From the IMG/VR virus record IMGVR_UViG_3300028800_000001, positions 1-64,000 of that record: a stretch of DNA of 64,000 nucleotides. One strand, written 5' to 3'. Position 1 is the stretch's first letter, and every line of letters begins with the position of its first letter. Below are positions 44,912 through 54,224 of the stretch, piece after piece. Below the pieces are notes generated by a model, which searched no databases, was not told the DNA's origin, and saw only the letters and a program-made list of their open reading frames with translations. The translations under genes and the position numbers were made by a program.

Positions 44912-45511
44912 ATGCAAAATTATCCGCCACCACCGCCCTATGGCGGTCAACCGTTTCAACCCGCGCCACAACCAAAGCAAAACTTCTGGAAACGCCAGAG
45001 TAGAGCTGGAAAAATTGGCATTATCGCGGCGTGTATCATCCTTCCATTGTCGCTGTGCATTTGTGTAAACGTAGTCAACAGCTCAGGTGGTAAGTCTCCT
45101 GCTGCGGTTATTACCGATACCCCTGCTGCAACTTCTCAGCAGCAAACAACGCCAGCGCCAACGGAAAAGCCCACTGCTATCCCTCCAACGGCTACGCCAA
45201 CACCTGTGCCAACCTGGAAAACAATACAGTCATTTAGTGGGGATGGCAATCAAAATACAGCTATCTTTTCTGCTCCCGATGATTGGAAGATTAGTTATAC
45301 CTGTACCGCTAGTGATGGAATGGGTATTGGAGGTCTTTTTTATGTGACTGTTTACGGTTCCGATAATTCTTTGATCGATGATCCTGTAAGTGCAGATTGT
45401 AAAGACGGTCAAACAACCAATGGAGTTTCTGAAGAGCATCAGTCAGGCCAAGTATATCTCAAAATAATCTCCGGTATTCCTTGGACTGTTCAAATTCAAG
45501 CCTTGCAATAG
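44912..45511 (+). CDS. membrane-anchored Pro/Thr-rich protein with C-terminal beta domain
   Basis: Pro-rich N-terminus, TM, PT linker. Confidence 0.8.
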   Translation: MQNYPPPPPYGGQPFQPAPQPKQNFWKRQSRAGKIGIIAACIILPLSLCICVNVVNSSGGKSPAAVITDTPAATSQQQTTPAPTEKPTAIPPTATPTPVPTWKTIQSFSGDGNQNTAIFSAPDDWKISYTCTASDGMGIGGLFYVTVYGSDNSLIDDPVSADCKDGQTTNGVSEEHQSGQVYLKIISGIPWTVQIQALQ

Positions 45512-45514
45512 CGC

Positions 45515-45554
45515 AAAAAAGAGAGGATACTTTTGAGTGAGTATCCTCTCTTTT
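45515..45554 (+). terminator. terminator
   Basis: AAGAGAGGATAC/GTATCCTCTCTT. Confidence 0.8.
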
Positions 45555-45787
45555 CCTGTCCTTCGTTTGCACCGGTAGACAGTACCAGTATACCCTCCTC
45601 ATTGTGCCGAAACAACAGAGAGATCGCTTAGCTTCTTTATAGTACATCCATCAGCCGCTCACTACAATAGCGTTTCCTATCGCTTTAAAAGAAGAGAGAA
45701 AAGATAGGAGTCGTGCTACCTTTTCCCCCATCTATCTAACGCACAAAACGTGTTGAATATTACAGAAAAGAAGTGTACTATACTGAC

Positions 45788-46105
45788 ATGACACCAAAAG
45801 AAATTGCACAACACCCGATCTTACGCGAGCTTGTTCAGCGAAAAGACGCCTGGACGTTCCTACGCGCCTGCACCCTCTACAACAATACATTCTCCTGTAG
45901 AGAGTGCCACAAGGACTCCTGTCCTGTGGTCGCAACGCCCTACCGTGTAGATTTGTGTTTACTCTGTCTCGTAAAAGAAATCAGAGAAGGAAGCCCGTAT
46001 CCTGGCGGAAGGTTGCGTGATCCACGCTCTGCCGACTACGACGAAGAGTATGCTATCGTGTGTCAAGCCTGGGAACACCAAAGCGAAGGCATAGAATGGG
46101 CATAA
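45788..46105 (+). CDS. Cys-rich hypothetical protein, probably leaderless
   Basis: CxxC..CxxC; TACTAT 6 nt before ATG. Confidence 0.65.
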   Translation: MTPKEIAQHPILRELVQRKDAWTFLRACTLYNNTFSCRECHKDSCPVVATPYRVDLCLLCLVKEIREGSPYPGGRLRDPRSADYDEEYAIVCQAWEHQSEGIEWA

Positions 46106-46130
46106 AAAGAGACGCCCGTAAGCGTCTCTC
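46104..46130. terminator. bidirectional terminator
   Basis: GAGACGC/GCGTCTC. Confidence 0.7.
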
Positions 46131-46150
46131 ATTTCTATGCTGTTACCGTA

Positions 46151-46558
46151 TTATTCCGATCCAGAGAGAAAATGCTCCGCTTTATTTTGATCATAATAGA
46201 CGCGGATATCGCGCTGTTTGAACCAACGATCCACCGCATCCAGGCGTTTCATGCACAGGCGAAACTGCTCTGAAGAATGACTATACGCGGCTGCTTCGCA
46301 AGCTCTCCATGCTTCGTTGAATTCTGCCAATGCATTGCTTACTACTTTTTCATTTTCTTCTTGTATCTTAGTTAACTCCACTTCTTCCACCAGCGTCTTA
46401 TTGCCAGCAGGGAAATGGGCGTATTCTCCGCTTTCCAGTAGTATGCATTGGAATTGTGGGTTGGTGTTGTTATAACGATATTCTGATTTGACTGCGTAGA
46501 CGCCATCCTCTGTCACAAAGATGGCCCCAGGTCGTAGTTCATAGAGCATTACTTTCAT
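46151..46558 (-). CDS. hypothetical protein
   Basis: 135 aa. Confidence 0.7.
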   Translation of the reverse strand: MKVMLYELRPGAIFVTEDGVYAVKSEYRYNNTNPQFQCILLESGEYAHFPAGNKTLVEEVELTKIQEENEKVVSNALAEFNEAWRACEAAAYSHSSEQFRLCMKRLDAVDRWFKQRDIRVYYDQNKAEHFLSGSE

Positions 46559-46914
46559 ACTAGATACTCCTGTCCAAGATACAGGATGCGATCCTGATCC
46601 TCTTCAGTACGAAACTGAAGATAGTTGGTAATTCCGATAGCCGCGTTTTCAAAGCATTGACTTGCCGTGTATAAACGGGTACGCTTATACAATTGTATAA
46701 GCGTCCAGAGTGCCAAATCAGTATCGAGAAGCTCTTGCAGGTACTCTGCGTGTTTCTCCAACTGAATTCTACCACCGCCGTAGAGAGTCAACCTTGCTCG
46801 CATTGCGCGCTCACCAAGTTCCTGCTCTCGCGGATAGATGATGCTATCGAGCGCTTCAATCTCTTTTGCGACGCGTGTGCGTTCTTTTGAGAGCCTTGCT
46901 AGTATTTCTTCCAT
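46555..46914 (-). CDS. helical hypothetical protein
   Basis: RBS AAGGG before MEEILA. Confidence 0.7.
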   Translation of the reverse strand: MEEILARLSKERTRVAKEIEALDSIIYPREQELGERAMRARLTLYGGGRIQLEKHAEYLQELLDTDLALWTLIQLYKRTRLYTASQCFENAAIGITNYLQFRTEEDQDRILYLGQEYLV

Positions 46915-46925
46915 AATTTTTTCCC

Positions 46926-47183
46926 TTATTTCCAGAATAGCTTTCCGCATCCATTAAAGCGGCGATGCTCAGGAAGCGTAATGCGTTGTACAATCATGCC
47001 CCAGGCCCGACCATCAATTTCTCCCTGGCATACCAGTTTGTGCCGAGAGTAAAAGATATCACGGACTCGTTGCCCATGCTCTTTACAGTATGCCTCGTAC
47101 AGCCAGAAGGTTTGCCGGATTGTCAGGCCACCGCCATTGGGTTTCTTCTTGAAGAAGAGCGTAGCTATTTGATTCGTGGTCAT
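46926..47183 (-). CDS. hypothetical protein
   Basis: 85 aa. Confidence 0.65.
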   Translation of the reverse strand: MTTNQIATLFFKKKPNGGGLTIRQTFWLYEAYCKEHGQRVRDIFYSRHKLVCQGEIDGRAWGMIVQRITLPEHRRFNGCGKLFWK

Positions 47184-47186
47184 CGC

Positions 47187-47489
47187 TTAATCCGTATCTA
47201 AATTTGCAATGAGCACAACGTCATTATTCTCAGTGAAAGTTGGCATCTCAAAGAGTTGCGCCGCCCACACGTTGCCGTTGTGACGATCATCCTGTTCTAA
47301 TTCGTAAAGAGAAAGAGCACGCAGCCGTATCAACTCTGCTTCGTACTTTTCCTCTTCGTCAATACCCAGGTCTTCGTACTGCATACAATTAATAATTGCG
47401 CCCTGTCGGTCTTCGGCTTCCGTCAGGTATGCGGTCGCTGAGATGTAGTCCTGATTGTGAGCACGCGTCACAATATAAAGTTGTTTCAT
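47187..47489 (-). CDS. small beta-rich family protein with acidic tail
   Basis: MKQLYIVTR...EAEDRQGA. Confidence 0.7.
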   Translation of the reverse strand: MKQLYIVTRAHNQDYISATAYLTEAEDRQGAIINCMQYEDLGIDEEEKYEAELIRLRALSLYELEQDDRHNGNVWAAQLFEMPTFTENNDVVLIANLDTD

Positions 47490-47809
47490 TCTTTTTTCCT
47501 CTTTATTTTTTCTAGCGATTGCGTATGCTTGCAAATGGTACTGACTATGAGCTCTTCAAGTGTGATCCCTGACTCTATTGCGAGAGCCGTGAGATGATAT
47601 AATACGTCGCAGAGCTCATCTTGAAGATGTTGAAACTTTTCTGCTTTTTCACACTCTGGCAACGGATAATAGACAAGTTTTTTCACAACATTACCAGCCT
47701 CACCTGCTTCGGAGCAAAGAGCTAGCGCCTGAAATTGAAGACGATCAAGCTCATTCGTTGCTCCCTGAATAGCCAGGATGAGCGCGTGTAAATCTCTTAT
47801 TTCTTGCAT
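47486..47809 (-). CDS. mazG: MazG-like nucleotide pyrophosphohydrolase
   Basis: LCSEAGEAGNVVKK...LQDELCDVLYHL..LA...GITLEE. Confidence 0.88.
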   Translation of the reverse strand: MQEIRDLHALILAIQGATNELDRLQFQALALCSEAGEAGNVVKKLVYYPLPECEKAEKFQHLQDELCDVLYHLTALAIESGITLEELIVSTICKHTQSLEKIKRKKE

Positions 47810-48096
47810 GGGTTTTCCTTCAACAGTTTCTCTAGGTGCGCTTTGAACTCTGTTCCGGTCATGCTTGGTATGTTCACAGGTCTTGACCATGCATACTCCA
47901 CGATATGTTTCTCTTCAAGCAAACGCTGCATAAGATCGACACCGCTATCTTCATCGTTTGTCTCGTGCGTCTCCAGCGCAAAGATGCTAAAGAACGCACT
48001 CTGCGCAATCAGCTTTGCAGGAACACCATAGTGCTTCAAGATTTCCTCTGGCAACCGGTGCTCATAGGTAATTATTTCAAGGCGACTTGTTTCCAA
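47797..48096 (-). CDS. hypothetical protein
   Basis: Probable TTG start. Confidence 0.65.
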   Translation of the reverse strand: METSRLEIITYEHRLPEEILKHYGVPAKLIAQSAFFSIFALETHETNDEDSGVDLMQRLLEEKHIVEYAWSRPVNIPSMTGTEFKAHLEKLLKENPCKK

Positions 48097-48388
48097 TTGT
48101 TTTTTCCTCTCTGCGTTGTATCTCAAGCGAGATGGCGCTGTCTCTTTTTGCCATCTCTTTATCGCGCCGCCACTGTTCTACATAGCCAAGCATCTTTACA
48201 AATGGGTCACTATTCTCAGGCTCACTTCCTATCTTTGTGACCTCTTTCCTGGTATGCAGGTACCAACCATCATTGGTGTTATAGTAGTAAACGCTGCTCT
48301 GATACAGCATCCAGGTACTCACCCCCTGAAGCCGCTCAGGCCGGTTGGCATAGAGAAATGACTCCATCGCAATGACGTAGTACAGCAT
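48077..48388 (-). CDS. hypothetical protein
   Basis: 103 aa. Confidence 0.65.
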   Translation of the reverse strand: MLYYVIAMESFLYANRPERLQGVSTWMLYQSSVYYYNTNDGWYLHTRKEVTKIGSEPENSDPFVKMLGYVEQWRRDKEMAKRDSAISLEIQRREEKTIGNKSP

Positions 48389-48891
48389 TATTCTTCGTCC
48401 TCATCGTCGTCTTCTCTGCTGATGCGTTCTTTGGCCTGCCTCTGGTATTTCTCATAGTTGGCGTGAGAGACTTTCCAACCAGCAAGAAATCCATCGCACC
48501 ATTCACAGGCAATGACCACTTCTTTTTGCTCTGCCAGCTTTCTACGGATGCATTGAAGCAGTTCTTCATAGTTGTCTGCCTCTAGCCTCGTTCTATAGGA
48601 CGCGTTTGATTCTCCGAAGAAATGATAGCCTGCCTGCACACCACGCACAAAGCTTTTTGTTTCAATGGTGCTGCGCTCCCGTGGCGCTGGTATCTGGTCA
48701 GCCTCTTTCCAGCCACGTACAAAGCCATCACACCAATCAACAGGGCTGTAGGGGGTGTCTGTTTTCTCAAAGAGAAACTGTGCGTAGCCTTTGGTACGCG
48801 CATAATCATATTCTCGAAACCACGAACGAAAGGCAACGCTGTGCCGATAACACGTGCGTCCCTCACTATACCCATCTTCATAACTGCTCAT
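48388..48891 (-). CDS. hypothetical protein with internal (G/D)GF..GW repeats
   Basis: WCDGFVRGW / SFVRGVQAG / WCDGFLAGW. Confidence 0.7.
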   Translation of the reverse strand: MSSYEDGYSEGRTCYRHSVAFRSWFREYDYARTKGYAQFLFEKTDTPYSPVDWCDGFVRGWKEADQIPAPRERSTIETKSFVRGVQAGYHFFGESNASYRTRLEADNYEELLQCIRRKLAEQKEVVIACEWCDGFLAGWKVSHANYEKYQRQAKERISREDDDEDEE

Positions 48892-49229
48892 TACGGCCTC
48901 TCAATCATAAAGAACGCCTCAAGCGTTTGCCAGAACGTCTTTGACAAATTAGCTTGAATGCCATCAACACGCGATAGGTTTTCCTCGCACACTTCGAAGG
49001 TCGTAGCATCCTTCTTGAGGAGTAAGACGCTGCCAATAATCTCTTCGTCAATCCAGTCCTGTAGCAGAAGAACGCATTGCTGCTGAGCAACGACCTCATC
49101 GCGTAGCAGACGTATGACTTCATCGATATCAAGCAGGGTGCGTGTGACCGATGGACTCTCCAGCCCAAACATCAGTGCGCCCATGAAGGTTACATTGGCA
49201 TTCACTACGATGATTTCTTCTCTGTTCAT
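48891..49229 (-). CDS. hypothetical protein
   Basis: RBS AAGGAGAG. Confidence 0.7.
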   Translation of the reverse strand: MNREEIIVVNANVTFMGALMFGLESPSVTRTLLDIDEVIRLLRDEVVAQQQCVLLLQDWIDEEIIGSVLLLKKDATTFEVCEENLSRVDGIQANLSKTFWQTLEAFFMIERP

Positions 49230-49240
49230 CTCTTCTCTCC

Positions 49241-49624
49241 TTAATAGAGCATATCGGTTTGGCGCTGAACACCGCTATAAGAATAGCGACCAAGTTCTAA
49301 CACATCAAGCCCACAGGCGGTGAGGAGCGTCTCAATCTCTGCCTTTGGATACTCTCTATCCAAGATATGATAAATGAGATCAGACTTGGTTCTGCTGCCC
49401 TCCACGCGCCAATATTTTGAGGTTGGCAGGCCATACTTCTCATCCAACTTTAATACACAGTAGATTTCCAATACGTCTTCCCAATAGTCGCGCTGAAGCT
49501 CTTCGTAGCGTTCGCTGCGCTGCTGCATGACACGAACATAGTAACAGGCAAGCTCAGTTACCGCTTGCAAACCGTGGTCGCCATCAGCAACACGCAGGAC
49601 TGCTTTGTGTTGCATGCTAATCAC
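49241..49624 (-). CDS. hypothetical protein
   Basis: 127 aa. Confidence 0.7.
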   Translation of the reverse strand: MISMQHKAVLRVADGDHGLQAVTELACYYVRVMQQRSERYEELQRDYWEDVLEIYCVLKLDEKYGLPTSKYWRVEGSRTKSDLIYHILDREYPKAEIETLLTACGLDVLELGRYSYSGVQRQTDMLY

Positions 49625-49868
49625 CCCATCCTCTCGCGGCCTCTGAGACCGTTGTTATTCTATAGGGGATCGTCTCCAAGAGTACCAGGGCTGACTCTAA
49701 GACGACCTCCCACTTTTGATACTGCACTGAGAGCGAAAGCTCCATGCCATTCCTGGTACTCTTTCCGCAGACAGGAACCTCTGGGCACTCAAAATGCCAG
49801 AGCAAAAACCAGAATGATTTGGTGACCATGTCATAGTCGCCTGTTGCAATTTGAAAGTACTTCGTCAT
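49617..49868 (-). CDS. hypothetical protein
   Basis: 83 aa. Confidence 0.65.
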   Translation of the reverse strand: MTKYFQIATGDYDMVTKSFWFLLWHFECPEVPVCGKSTRNGMELSLSVQYQKWEVVLESALVLLETIPYRITTVSEAARGWGD

Positions 49869-50068
49869 TATTCTTGTTCTCTCTTTATACCAAAGAATTC
49901 GCGCACCGCATCCGCATTCTCATAGGCGTAGTAGTATTTCCTTTCCGTTGTACGAATGCGCACACTATTGTCGCAGCCACCATTGGGGGCTTCCCAATCA
50001 ATATCGAGAATCAGATCAACGGGGATGCTTTCATCCAGAATGCGGAGAAACTGGCGATTACCGATCAT
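49868..50068 (-). CDS. hypothetical protein
   Basis: Probable start MIGNRQF. Confidence 0.55.
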   Translation of the reverse strand: MIGNRQFLRILDESIPVDLILDIDWEAPNGGCDNSVRIRTTERKYYYAYENADAVREFFGIKREQE

Positions 50069-50414
50069 GTGGTAGTGCATAGATACCATCATCCTTTCTG
50101 GTTGCAGCCATAATAATTTCTTTCTTGAATTGAAAGAGAGTACGCAGAGGAACACAAATCGTGTGCCCACGAGTCGCATTCAGACGATACGAAACGATGG
50201 CCCGTGTCTCAGGTGTGAAGGTTGCCTTTTGCTTATCGTTACTCAGCATAATTACCCCGCCTTCAAGCTCATCGACCTTTGTCATCGTCCAGACGTAGAC
50301 AGGGGCATACTTTTCCAATTCTTTGTTGCGTTCACCAGGATAGCCATTGTTGTCGCGAATAATCTCCATGATCGGACGCGGAAGCCATTCTGGATCGCCC
50401 AGGAGCTTACGCAT
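50058..50414 (-). CDS. hypothetical protein
   Basis: Start uncertain. Confidence 0.6.
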   Translation of the reverse strand: MRKLLGDPEWLPRPIMEIIRDNNGYPGERNKELEKYAPVYVWTMTKVDELEGGVIMLSNDKQKATFTPETRAIVSYRLNATRGHTICVPLRTLFQFKKEIIMAATRKDDGIYALPHDR

Positions 50415-50500
50415 AGATATAATTACACACGCATTATGAAGTACTTCTGCCATCTTTGTCTCCTTGTGATAGAATAAAGGAAACCCGTAAAGGAGTCCCT

Positions 50501-50719
50501 ATGATCGAATATCTTGTTGCGCAATACACGAGAAAAACCAAACATATCGTTGCTGAAAGCGGCAATGCTGAAAAAGAACTCCAAGAAACTCTTTCCCTGC
50601 ACGACTTTTTAGAGCAGGCCGGAAAACTTGGTTGGGGTCTCGCCTCCACCACTGAATGCGTGGAAAGTGGTTACATCGACCCGATGCTGGAAACCTGGAT
50701 TTTTCAGCGTATAAAATAA
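50501..50719 (+). CDS. DUF4177-like small protein
   Basis: RBS AAGGAG; EY...L.QAGKLGW.L...IFQR. Confidence 0.7.
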   Translation: MIEYLVAQYTRKTKHIVAESGNAEKELQETLSLHDFLEQAGKLGWGLASTTECVESGYIDPMLETWIFQRIK

Positions 50720-50723
50720 AGGT

Positions 50724-50745
50724 GGAGCCCCGTAAAAAGGGCTCC
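50724..50745. terminator. bidirectional terminator
   Basis: GGAGCCC/GGGCTCC. Confidence 0.7.
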
Positions 50746-50751
50746 TAAAAA

Positions 50752-51708
50752 CTACTCCCCGTAAGGCAACCCGTTGGTAATCACCCAGTGATGATCAATA
50801 CCACTCGCCTGAAAATCAACGAGCAGTGTGTCACCAGAAAAGTGCAGCGCCGTCTTGCCATCAGCTTTGATGTTCCAAGAACCATACGTATCATTGATCG
50901 TGATGTAATCATCGCTGGTTTCCACAGAGCGCAGCGTCTCAGCACTGCGCGACGTTCTTCCGTCATAGAGCGTACACGCTCCAATCGAGAGGAACACTTG
51001 AAGCTTCATTGCGAGCGCCTGCTGGTTACGCTTATTGGCGTAGCCAATCCAGTAATCTTCAATGAGCTCCATCGTCTCTTCTTCGCTGTGCGTGGCCCCT
51101 GCAATCTTGATGTAGGGCATAACACGCCTCTCAATGTAACTTGCGTAGTCCTGACACACTTCTTCAACAACGTAGTGCTCTTTGTCTCCAGGCAAAAGAT
51201 CATACTGGCGACCAAGATCGCTGTCATGCAGCAAGTAGGTACGTACAGTATGCTCGTACGTGTAACGCTCTGTCTTTGAAGCACTGCCACTATAGCGTAG
51301 GTAGGTGCGTGGCTCTTTGTTCATCTTGGGATGCACATGCCACCCATCAAAGAACTCCTGCTTTTCACGTTCCCAGTTGTGCCCAACGTAGACGTAAAAA
51401 CTTGGCCCACTGTGATCACTGTAAAGCGTTAGGATTTGCTGAGGCATTTTGAGCTCGGAGATAGCCGCACAGTTGTAGCGATTCGTATCAATGAAGCCCT
51501 GGCTCCGACCAAACTTTGCGGTAAAGTCCAGCGCCGGAACAATGATCTTGTCCACATTTCTGTAGCTGCCTTTATGGTTGCTGTAGGTGTCAAACGTGAT
51601 CTCCACACCTTCAACAGCAAAATGGCGGTCCTCTAGAAGCTTCACAAGATCAGCGCAAGGACCATCCACAGGATACTCACGAACGGTCGGATGTAGGAAT
51701 ATTGTCAT
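50752..51708 (-). CDS. hypothetical protein, probably two domains
   Basis: 318 aa. Confidence 0.75.
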   Translation of the reverse strand: MTIFLHPTVREYPVDGPCADLVKLLEDRHFAVEGVEITFDTYSNHKGSYRNVDKIIVPALDFTAKFGRSQGFIDTNRYNCAAISELKMPQQILTLYSDHSGPSFYVYVGHNWEREKQEFFDGWHVHPKMNKEPRTYLRYSGSASKTERYTYEHTVRTYLLHDSDLGRQYDLLPGDKEHYVVEEVCQDYASYIERRVMPYIKIAGATHSEEETMELIEDYWIGYANKRNQQALAMKLQVFLSIGACTLYDGRTSRSAETLRSVETSDDYITINDTYGSWNIKADGKTALHFSGDTLLVDFQASGIDHHWVITNGLPYGE

Positions 51709-52322
51709 AAATTTGTCCCTTCTGCGTATGCCTGGAGTCCTGCGAGATAGGCATTATGTTCTCTCAGATACTCTTCAATCCAGGCAATCGTTTGTCTATT
51801 TGCCTCTTCTGTTTCTTCGTTGTCCAGACCGAAAAGCCAACACACGCCGTACTTCATGGCCTCTTCATCATCGTCAGAGAGATTGTCGGTGAAGCGGTTG
51901 CCGCAACTAAAAAAGTGGTAACCGCCCTTTCCGTCAGGTTCTCCATCGAGATAGCAGAAGAGAATACTTGGCCCAACGACCAGACCGGTCACCGTGTGCA
52001 GTGCGTCGTAGCCCATATGATTGTTTTTAATTGTGCGCACCAGTGCGTTCGCAACCTCTGTGCCAACTTTGTCCAGAGTGACGAACAAAGAGGCGCGTAT
52101 CTCTTCTAGTGCCCCATCATCCATATCGGTACCGCCTGTGCCATACCACTCACCGTGTTCAGAAAAGAAGAGGTGGCGATGATTATAGGCAGATTCGATG
52201 TACAACTGTTCCTGGCAGATCGCACAATATACGTAGTTTTCTGCCTCACAGGTGGCACACAGGCCACCTTGTACATCATCGTCACCGCCGCAATCGCGAC
52301 AGAGTTCTTCCGTCATACTCAC
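51705..52322 (-). CDS. Zn-finger hypothetical protein
   Basis: Three CxxC motifs at the N-terminus. Confidence 0.75.
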   Translation of the reverse strand: MSMTEELCRDCGGDDDVQGGLCATCEAENYVYCAICQEQLYIESAYNHRHLFFSEHGEWYGTGGTDMDDGALEEIRASLFVTLDKVGTEVANALVRTIKNNHMGYDALHTVTGLVVGPSILFCYLDGEPDGKGGYHFFSCGNRFTDNLSDDDEEAMKYGVCWLFGLDNEETEEANRQTIAWIEEYLREHNAYLAGLQAYAEGTNL

Positions 52323-52669
52323 CTCTTTTTGTAGACAACGTGACTTGGCGTCTCGCAGTCTTCTAACTCGACAAGCGCTTCGTAACTGCTCGCTGCCTCA
52401 ACTGCACTTTGCGTGGTCAGCATCTTCTCCACCTCTGAGAGATGAAAAGAAATGAGATAGTACGCGTCACACGTATGACACTGCACTGGCATTACGGCCT
52501 CCTTGAAAGCGGTCAACATCATCGGATAGTAGTAGGTATGACCGCAGGAAAGCGTGCCTACGCCACACAGGCGAATAATGAGGCGCGCAATCGTCGCTCG
52601 AAATCCTGTTTTATGAGCGCGCTCGTCTGCCAACGCAAGCTTTCGTTGATAGTCTTGATTAAAATTCAT
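52319..52669 (-). CDS. hypothetical Zn-ribbon protein
   Basis: SCGH...CHTC. Confidence 0.7.
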   Translation of the reverse strand: MNFNQDYQRKLALADERAHKTGFRATIARLIIRLCGVGTLSCGHTYYYPMMLTAFKEAVMPVQCHTCDAYYLISFHLSEVEKMLTTQSAVEAASSYEALVELEDCETPSHVVYKKR

Positions 52670-52696
52670 GTCATTTCTTTCTTCTGTAGTTGGTGT

Positions 52697-53041
52697 TTAA
52701 AAGTAAAGACAGACGAGATGCCATCCAGGCACCTGATCGGTTACATCCAGACCAAATTGTTTGGAGGCTTCACGGAGCGTGATATCCCAGGAAGGACGAA
52801 TTGCCAGTTGTACCGGCTCAAGAGTGGTTACTTCGTCCCACTCTGACTCATGTAGCGACTCTTTGACAGCCAGGAAGAAGCAAAGATTTTCATCATAGCC
52901 GTAAATCTCACCAGTGCAGCCATAGGCTTCTTTACAATGCGTTGCTTCCCACGGTGACTCATCTTCCTTGTAGTCTTTTTCTCTGTCGGACTCTGGCTGA
53001 AGATAGCCGTAAAACAATTTTGCGGTTGGTCGATCACTCAT
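52697..53041 (-). CDS. hypothetical protein
   Basis: 114 aa. Confidence 0.7.
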   Translation of the reverse strand: MSDRPTAKLFYGYLQPESDREKDYKEDESPWEATHCKEAYGCTGEIYGYDENLCFFLAVKESLHESEWDEVTTLEPVQLAIRPSWDITLREASKQFGLDVTDQVPGWHLVCLYF

Positions 53042-53043
53042 GT

Positions 53044-53454
53044 TTACCCCCAGGTGGCTTTGTCATATTCAGGCGAACTGGTCACAATAGTATCGGCCAG
53101 AATGCGCCCAACTTCTTCAATAAATTTATAGAGGGGTGTTTCAGGATACTTTCCCTCGCAGCACTGATACAGGTAACAGTGGATATATTTAACGAGCTGG
53201 ACTTTATCCACCTCTTTAGGATGATAGGTCAGTTTCACGTCCTCGTGCTCTCCATCGTAGCGGAAAGCCACAGAGTCATGATTCATCTGAAGCAGCGCCG
53301 TTGCCAGCTTGTTTTCCCAAAGCTCGCTGGTAAGATCAATCTCGTAGCGCTTCACGGGATCTTTGATTGGGGTATAGGGATTGCCCAGATGCTCTTGCGC
53401 AATCCAGGTAACGATAGCCTGAATAACGCGGTCTTTGACCACCCATGCACTCAT
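53044..53454 (-). CDS. conserved phage/plasmid hypothetical protein
   Basis: MSAWVV..N..SV.FRY...K.I.CY.YQ.CE. Confidence 0.75.
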   Translation of the reverse strand: MSAWVVKDRVIQAIVTWIAQEHLGNPYTPIKDPVKRYEIDLTSELWENKLATALLQMNHDSVAFRYDGEHEDVKLTYHPKEVDKVQLVKYIHCYLYQCCEGKYPETPLYKFIEEVGRILADTIVTSSPEYDKATWG

Positions 53455-53456
53455 TC

Positions 53457-54041
53457 TTATTGCTCCTTATACACAGTGACGTATTCGCGGTCACCATACA
53501 TTCTTGAGGAGATGCCGTTTTGCAGCGTAAACATGATCACGCGTGAAGAGATATTCACGACCATGCCCTTTGCGCGCTTTGTGCGAAACTCTCCTTGTTT
53601 TTGTTCGTGGTATTGAATGGCAACGTGGTTGCCAGTGCGTACCTCTCTTGCAAGCACACGGAACTGATTTGGCTGCATACCAGGATCAAGATACTCTTCC
53701 CATTGTTGGTATCCAAAATTACGGCTCATCTCATCGGAAAACTGCCCAAAGAATAAACCGGTGATGCGCTCCATAGAACCATAATTGAGCGCGCTATCTA
53801 TCGCTCTGGCCTGCTTCTCAGTGATGCGTATCCAACCAGGAGAGACCTTCTCGTAGATTTGTAGCTCTGCAACCAGACTCCCAGCCATATGCCTGCGCAT
53901 CGTTAATGCCTCAAAGTACAAGGTCTCTTGCGAGAAATTGGCGTATACCCTCTTTATCGGCTTCCCTTGTTCGTCCACTTCGAGCGCTATGGGTTGCATA
54001 CCACGCGGCCCGTGTTCCATATAAAATTTAATCTTTTTCAA
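53457..54041 (-). CDS. hypothetical protein
   Basis: RBS AAGGAG; first gene after promoter. Confidence 0.7.
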   Translation of the reverse strand: MKKIKFYMEHGPRGMQPIALEVDEQGKPIKRVYANFSQETLYFEALTMRRHMAGSLVAELQIYEKVSPGWIRITEKQARAIDSALNYGSMERITGLFFGQFSDEMSRNFGYQQWEEYLDPGMQPNQFRVLAREVRTGNHVAIQYHEQKQGEFRTKRAKGMVVNISSRVIMFTLQNGISSRMYGDREYVTVYKEQ

Positions 54042-54074
54042 TACATTTCTCCTTAAATTATTTATTTCTTCCCA

Positions 54075-54132
54075 AGTATAGCCGAGAATGAGGAAGAAGA
54101 CAAGTATTTCTTCTCTGTATTTTCAGAAAATA
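54075..54132 (-). promoter_or_regulatory. class I promoter with perfect 15-bp palindrome TATTTTCAGAAAATA
   Basis: TTGTCT-17-TATACT; centre 54125 (22 nt). Confidence 0.85.
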
Positions 54133-54224
54133 AAGCCATTTGGGCCAGAAGTTGCAAGAATAAGCGCAACCGCGTTATACTAAGACACACAAATTTTCAT
54201 GTTAATTTAAGAAAGGATGCCCAC

